Below, in pieces: positions 60,099-64,000 of a stretch of DNA of 64,000 nt. Position 1 is the first letter of the stretch. Each line of letters opens with the position of its first letter. Below the pieces are notes generated by a model that searched no databases, was not told the origin of the DNA, and worked only from the letters and a program-made list of their open reading frames with translations. This stretch comes from Phycisphaerales bacterium. Its GTDB lineage: Bacteria; Planctomycetota; Phycisphaerae; Phycisphaerales; SM1A02. The stretch spans positions 11,689-75,688 of the forward strand of contig SIAP01000007.1 of the NCBI GenBank assembly GCA_009691725.1, read 5' to 3'. Made by a program: the position numbers and the translations under genes.

Positions 60099-61637
60099 AT
60101 GCTTCCGTATATCAGTCGACGACTGCTCTTCATGATTCCGACGCTCATCGGGATGACCTTCATGGTCTATTGCCTGATTGCTCTGGCACCAGGTGGATTC
60201 AGCGCGAGCGCATCAGCGGCAGCGGGTGGTGGCAGCCCAGCGGGCGGCGATCCACGCATCGCAGAGGCTCGATTCAGGGATCGATTCGGATTGGATGAAT
60301 CGGTGTTTGTCCAGTACGCACGGTGGCTCGGGCGAGTCTCGCCAGTGAAATTCGGCGCACGGGCACAGATCGATGCGACTGGTGAGCGTATCTATGCGCC
60401 GCGCGCACTGCCGCCGATGATCATGGCTGCGCCGTGGGCGGAGGAGGATCAGTCCATTCGTGCAGTCGCTGATGCGACGGCGACCTTCGTCGCTGCGGAC
60501 TCTTCGGATGGAGTTCGTCAACAGTACCGATCACTGATGCGCGAAAGTGGCGCTGCGCGCCAGGCGTTTGTGGGATCTCTCGCAGTCCTGCGCATCGCAA
60601 TGGCGCAGTACGCGGATGCGACACACCAATCGTCGCTGGTGAATCAGCGAGGCGAGTTGCCTGAGTCGAATGTGAAGTCGCTCGTCATCGACGATGCAGT
60701 TCCACAATGGCTCGCAGTGCGATCTGCCGCAACTGCCGCGCTGAGTGCGCACGCGAACGCTGCAGGCGCGCGCACTGCTCTGGAATTGTGTTTCCACGCG
60801 ACGCCCTTTCAGCAGGCTGGAGTTGGAGTGATCCCGCGAGTGGTCTGGATTGGCGCACCCGACATGGGTTGGAGCCGCACAAAGAACCGTCCTGTTTCGA
60901 GCCTGATTCTTGAAGCGCTCCCTGTGACGCTGCTCATCAATCTGATTGCGTTTCCGTTGATCTATCTGGTGTCGATTCCAACTGGAATGCTTGCGGCCGC
61001 GCGGCGGGGATCCTGGTTTGATCTCATCAGTGGTGGGATTTTCATCGCACTCTGGTCAATTCCAGTCGTGTGGGCGGGTGTGCTGGCGGTTGGATTCCTT
61101 GCAAACAAGCAGTACTTGGGGCTCTTTCCAGTCGCGGGGCTGCACGCCACGAATGCATCCTCGATCGGATTCTTGCCCACTTGGGAGAGCGGTGGTTTTG
61201 AACCTGGATGGATTCTCGATGTGTGTTGGCACCTTGTGTTGCCGGTCGTGTGTCTGGTCTACGCAGGATTCGCCGTGCTGTCTCGGCAGACTCGGGCTGC
61301 GATGCTTGATAATTTCAATGCTGACTATGTGCGCACCGCGAAAGCCAAGGGAGTCTCGCGGCGCGACATCGTCTTGCGTCATGTCTTTCGGAATTCACTC
61401 TTGCCGCTGATCACGATGTTTGTATCGATTTTCCCTGCGATGCTGTCTGGAAGCGTGATCGTGGAAAAAATCTTTTCAATTCCTGGCATGGGCTCATTGA
61501 TGCTGGAAGCCGTGAGCCTCCATGATTCTGAAGTGATGCTTGCGAACACGATCATGGTGGGCTGTGTCAGCCTGGTCGCGCTACTCGTGGCAGACATCCT
61601 CTATGCGCTGGCAGATCCGAGAGTGTCGTATGCATGA
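60099..61637 (+). CDS. ABC peptide-type transporter permease (OppB/DppB-like) with a large extracytoplasmic insert
   Basis: MLPYISRRLLFMIPTLIGMTFMVYCLI N-terminus and C-terminal ADYVRTAKAKGVSRRDIVLRHVFRNSLLPLIT (EAA motif). 512 aa, against about 300 aa for typical OppB. Confidence 0.85.
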   Translation: MLPYISRRLLFMIPTLIGMTFMVYCLIALAPGGFSASASAAAGGGSPAGGDPRIAEARFRDRFGLDESVFVQYARWLGRVSPVKFGARAQIDATGERIYAPRALPPMIMAAPWAEEDQSIRAVADATATFVAADSSDGVRQQYRSLMRESGAARQAFVGSLAVLRIAMAQYADATHQSSLVNQRGELPESNVKSLVIDDAVPQWLAVRSAATAALSAHANAAGARTALELCFHATPFQQAGVGVIPRVVWIGAPDMGWSRTKNRPVSSLILEALPVTLLINLIAFPLIYLVSIPTGMLAAARRGSWFDLISGGIFIALWSIPVVWAGVLAVGFLANKQYLGLFPVAGLHATNASSIGFLPTWESGGFEPGWILDVCWHLVLPVVCLVYAGFAVLSRQTRAAMLDNFNADYVRTAKAKGVSRRDIVLRHVFRNSLLPLITMFVSIFPAMLSGSVIVEKIFSIPGMGSLMLEAVSLHDSEVMLANTIMVGCVSLVALLVADILYALADPRVSYA

Positions 61638-63273
61638 GTCGATCTCTGGTGTCGAGGCGATGCGAGGAATTGGCGCAGCGGAGGCGCGTGGATTCTGGGC
61701 AGATGCGTGGTCCCGTGTGCTCAAGAGTCGTTCGGCGCTCTGCGCGATTGGTTGGATTGCACTCGTCGCAGCGGGGGCGGTTCTGTCACCATTCATCGCA
61801 AATGCCAACCCGCTTTGGTTGAGTGTGATTGGCACAGACGGTGTCGTGGTCTCAACACGGTCACCACTGTGGAATTCGCTCGCAGCGGCAGATTTGCTCC
61901 TTTTTTTCGGCGCAATTGGCGGGACGGTGTGGATGTGCGTGCCGATCGCAATGCGACGGGGTGAACGGCTGGGTGTCTTGGTCGTGATGTCCTTGATCGC
62001 GGGGAGTACGGTTGTGGTGGCGTCGTTCGTCGCCGATTGGCTTGGTGCGCCGACGCGGACGGGATGGTCAAACGCACTTGGAGATTGGGTGTCTGATCCC
62101 GTCAATGCGTGGCGTCGCGTCGCTGTCGCAGCAGCGATTGGGGCGCCATTCGCTCTCTGCGCGCTGGGAATTCCATTTCTCTTGTCGGTCCGCGCACGGG
62201 CGGTCGTTGTGTCGATTGCGCTGATCGCAGTCTCACTTGCAGTTGGTCATCGCTGGCAGGCATCGCCTGTGGACTTCGATCGATATGTGACCGATGAAGC
62301 TGCAGGGCGTATCCGTTGTGTCTACACGCTGATTCCGTGGAGTCCGGATCGCATTCGCAGCGAGCTCATCACGGTGCCACCGATGACCACAGTCGCGCGT
62401 GCGTACGAGGCGAAGGATGCCGCTGCAGGACGGGAGTTCGCACGATTCGCAGTGGCTGTACAGGCGGCAAATCAATCCGGAAATGAGGAACTTGCGATTC
62501 GAGCGAGGGGGGATCTCGAGCAGGTCGCACGACAGCGATCGTCGCTGCAACGCGAATGGAAGCCGCTCCTCACCAGCCCGTTCGCGGCGCATTCGTTCCT
62601 TCTCGGGACAGACTCAAATGGTGCTGATGTGCTCGCACAGTTGTTGTGGGCCTGCCGCCTGTCGATCTCGGTTGGGTTCGTATCGACCGGCATCGCCGTG
62701 ATCATTGGGGTCACGATGGGATCGATCATGGGATACTTCGGTGGCACGATCGATCTTGTGCTCTTTCGTGTCGTCGAGATTTTTATGGCAGTGCCAGTCT
62801 TGTTCCTGCTCATCGTTGCGGCGGGAGTGCTTCCACGAAGCACCTACGTGATGATGGCGATCATCGGTTGTCTTTCGTGGACGGGCGCGGCGCGATTCAC
62901 CCGGGCAGAGTTCATGAAGTTGCGTCATCAAGACTTTGTGCAGGGGGCACGCGCGTCTGGATTGCCACTGCGCTCAATTCTCTTTCGTCACATGTTGCCC
63001 AATGGGGTGACCCCCGTACTCGTCGATGCAAGTTTTGCCATCGCGGGAGCAATCATTGCGGAGGCGACTCTCTCATACCTTGGACTGGGACCGGACAATC
63101 AGGCGTCGTGGGGCAAACTGCTGTCGAGTGCGACCGGCACGACGGGCACATTTGTGTGGTGGTTGGCGATTTTTCCTGGCACAGCTATTTTTCTCTCGGT
63201 GTTGGCGTACAACGTTCTTGGCGGATCGCTCCGAGATGCGATCGATCCCAAACTTCGCAAGGCGGCACACTAA
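61630..63273 (+). CDS. ABC peptide-type transporter permease (OppC/DppC-like), copy 2, with an extra N-terminal TM block
   Basis: [19 protein letters not shown] and [25 protein letters not shown]. About 250 aa of N-terminal extension with roughly 5 hydrophobic segments. ATG 61630 overlaps the upstream stop by 8 nt. Confidence 0.85.
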   Translation: MHESISGVEAMRGIGAAEARGFWADAWSRVLKSRSALCAIGWIALVAAGAVLSPFIANANPLWLSVIGTDGVVVSTRSPLWNSLAAADLLLFFGAIGGTVWMCVPIAMRRGERLGVLVVMSLIAGSTVVVASFVADWLGAPTRTGWSNALGDWVSDPVNAWRRVAVAAAIGAPFALCALGIPFLLSVRARAVVVSIALIAVSLAVGHRWQASPVDFDRYVTDEAAGRIRCVYTLIPWSPDRIRSELITVPPMTTVARAYEAKDAAAGREFARFAVAVQAANQSGNEELAIRARGDLEQVARQRSSLQREWKPLLTSPFAAHSFLLGTDSNGADVLAQLLWACRLSISVGFVSTGIAVIIGVTMGSIMGYFGGTIDLVLFRVVEIFMAVPVLFLLIVAAGVLPRSTYVMMAIIGCLSWTGAARFTRAEFMKLRHQDFVQGARASGLPLRSILFRHMLPNGVTPVLVDASFAIAGAIIAEATLSYLGLGPDNQASWGKLLSSATGTTGTFVWWLAIFPGTAIFLSVLAYNVLGGSLRDAIDPKLRKAAH

Positions 63274-64000
63274 TGTCAGACGGGTCATCGTCCAATTCAG
63301 AAACACCTCTCTTGGAAGTGGCCGATCTCGCTGTGTCGTTTGACAATTCGGGCGGTGGTCCTCGGATTCAGGCGGTTGCGGGTGTGAGCATGACGATCTA
63401 CCCAAACCAGACGCTCGCGGTCGTTGGAGAATCAGGCTGTGGGAAGAGTGTCACTGCGATGACGACGATGCAGTTGGTGCCGTGCCCGCCTGGTCGTATC
63501 GACGGCGGAACGATTCTCATGCATGGTCGCGGCGGCGATCGTCGCAATCTTCTGTCGCTCTCGGAGCGCGAGATGTTGCAGGTGCGAGGCCGAGACATCG
63601 CCATGATCTTTCAAGAACCGATGACCAGTTTGAATCCGGTCTATTCCATCGGAGATCAGATTCTTGAGGCAATCCTGCTGCATCAGAAGGCCACGCCAGA
63701 CGAAGCGGTCGAGATCGCCATGCGGGCGCTCGATGAAGTTGGGATGTATCAGCCCATCGAGGGCCGGTTCCAGCGCGAACTTGCCGCGCTGAAGGTTGAG
63801 GTTGCAGCTCAGCGCAGCACGCCTGCGCAGTTGCTCGCCGCTGAGGGGTCGCTTCCAGAACGCCTGCGCCGCGCGCGCATGCAACTGCTTTCGGACTATC
63901 CACACCGCTACTCGGGCGGAATGCGGCAACGTGTCATGATCGCCATGGCGCTCGCATGCCAACCAAAACTATTGCTTGCAGATGAGCCGACGACTGCTCT
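63273..64000 (+). CDS. ABC transporter ATP-binding protein (OppD/DppD-like), 3'-truncated by the window end
   Basis: My own translation from ATG 63273 (TAATG overlap): Walker [15 protein letters not shown]-loop [14 protein letters not shown], signature YSGGMRQRV and Walker [11 protein letters not shown]. The ORF is still open at the window end and is not in the supplied ORF track. Confidence 0.9.
   Translation, partial: MSDGSSSNSETPLLEVADLAVSFDNSGGGPRIQAVAGVSMTIYPNQTLAVVGESGCGKSVTAMTTMQLVPCPPGRIDGGTILMHGRGGDRRNLLSLSEREMLQVRGRDIAMIFQEPMTSLNPVYSIGDQILEAILLHQKATPDEAVEIAMRALDEVGMYQPIEGRFQRELAALKVEVAAQRSTPAQLLAAEGSLPERLRRARMQLLSDYPHRYSGGMRQRVMIAMALACQPKLLLADEPTTA

Noticed and set aside
1-64000. 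Mobile elements, prophage, defence islands, rRNA/tRNA/tmRNA/RNase P/SRP RNA
   Set aside because: There are no transposase, integrase or recombinase-like ORFs and no long inverted repeats flanking a block. No cloverleaf-like or conserved ncRNA signatures appear in any of the gaps: 1484-1548, 25347-25537, 28568-28765, 33467-33685, 35954-36099, 36367-36553, 44559-44635, 46601-47002 and 53148-53300. This was a by-eye check only, so a covariance-model scan could still find small RNAs.

Overview
GC-rich, densely coding bacterial chromosome segment. It is most likely Planctomycetota-like, judged from DUF1559-like prepilin-type proteins, very large secreted propeller proteins and many low-complexity tails. 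I recognised about 55 protein genes. I found no rRNA, tRNA, CRISPR array, transposase, integrase or obvious defence island. Gene content from left to right: (1) phosphohexomutase, a QueD/PTPS-like gene translationally coupled to ppk1, a lipoprotein, and a 1399-aa secreted propeller/TPR protein. (2) A promoter-bearing gene for an extremely acidic protein with 27 consecutive Asp codons. (3) A 14-gene, tightly overlapping minus-strand type II secretion-like operon (unknown secreted protein, then gspE-F-G-H-I-J-K, L/PilMN-like, M/PilO-like, Pro-rich C/PilP-like, secretin, unknown). (4) Orphan scoA, an MFS transporter, a sigma-70 family factor, ndk, bacterial topoisomerase VI (B and A subunits), a sensor-less histidine kinase preceded by csp, pnp-rpsO, an acyl-CoA carboxyltransferase, rdgB and a YkgJ-type Cys-cluster protein. 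(5) An NfeD-NfeD-FloA-membrane protein operon, two tandem DUF1559-like pseudopilin-type genes, RidA and a Ser/Thr kinase. (6) An LPS-type operon (GT9 heptosyltransferase-maf-lpxK-hldE) and ihf/hu-dnaB. (7) An ECF sigma / putative anti-sigma / periplasmic protein module translationally chained to an unusual Opp/Dpp-type ABC importer with three permeases, an anchored SBP and a partial ATPase at the window end. The parts I cannot explain from known families are the poly-Asp protein locus, the unknown first and last genes and divergent back end of the T2SS operon, Ala instead of Gly at position -1 in all six cleavable prepilin-type leaders in the window, and the ECF-Opp chain with expanded permeases. 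All functional calls rest on motif recognition by eye in the supplied translations. No database search was run. Start codons were refined by eye and are less certain than stops.
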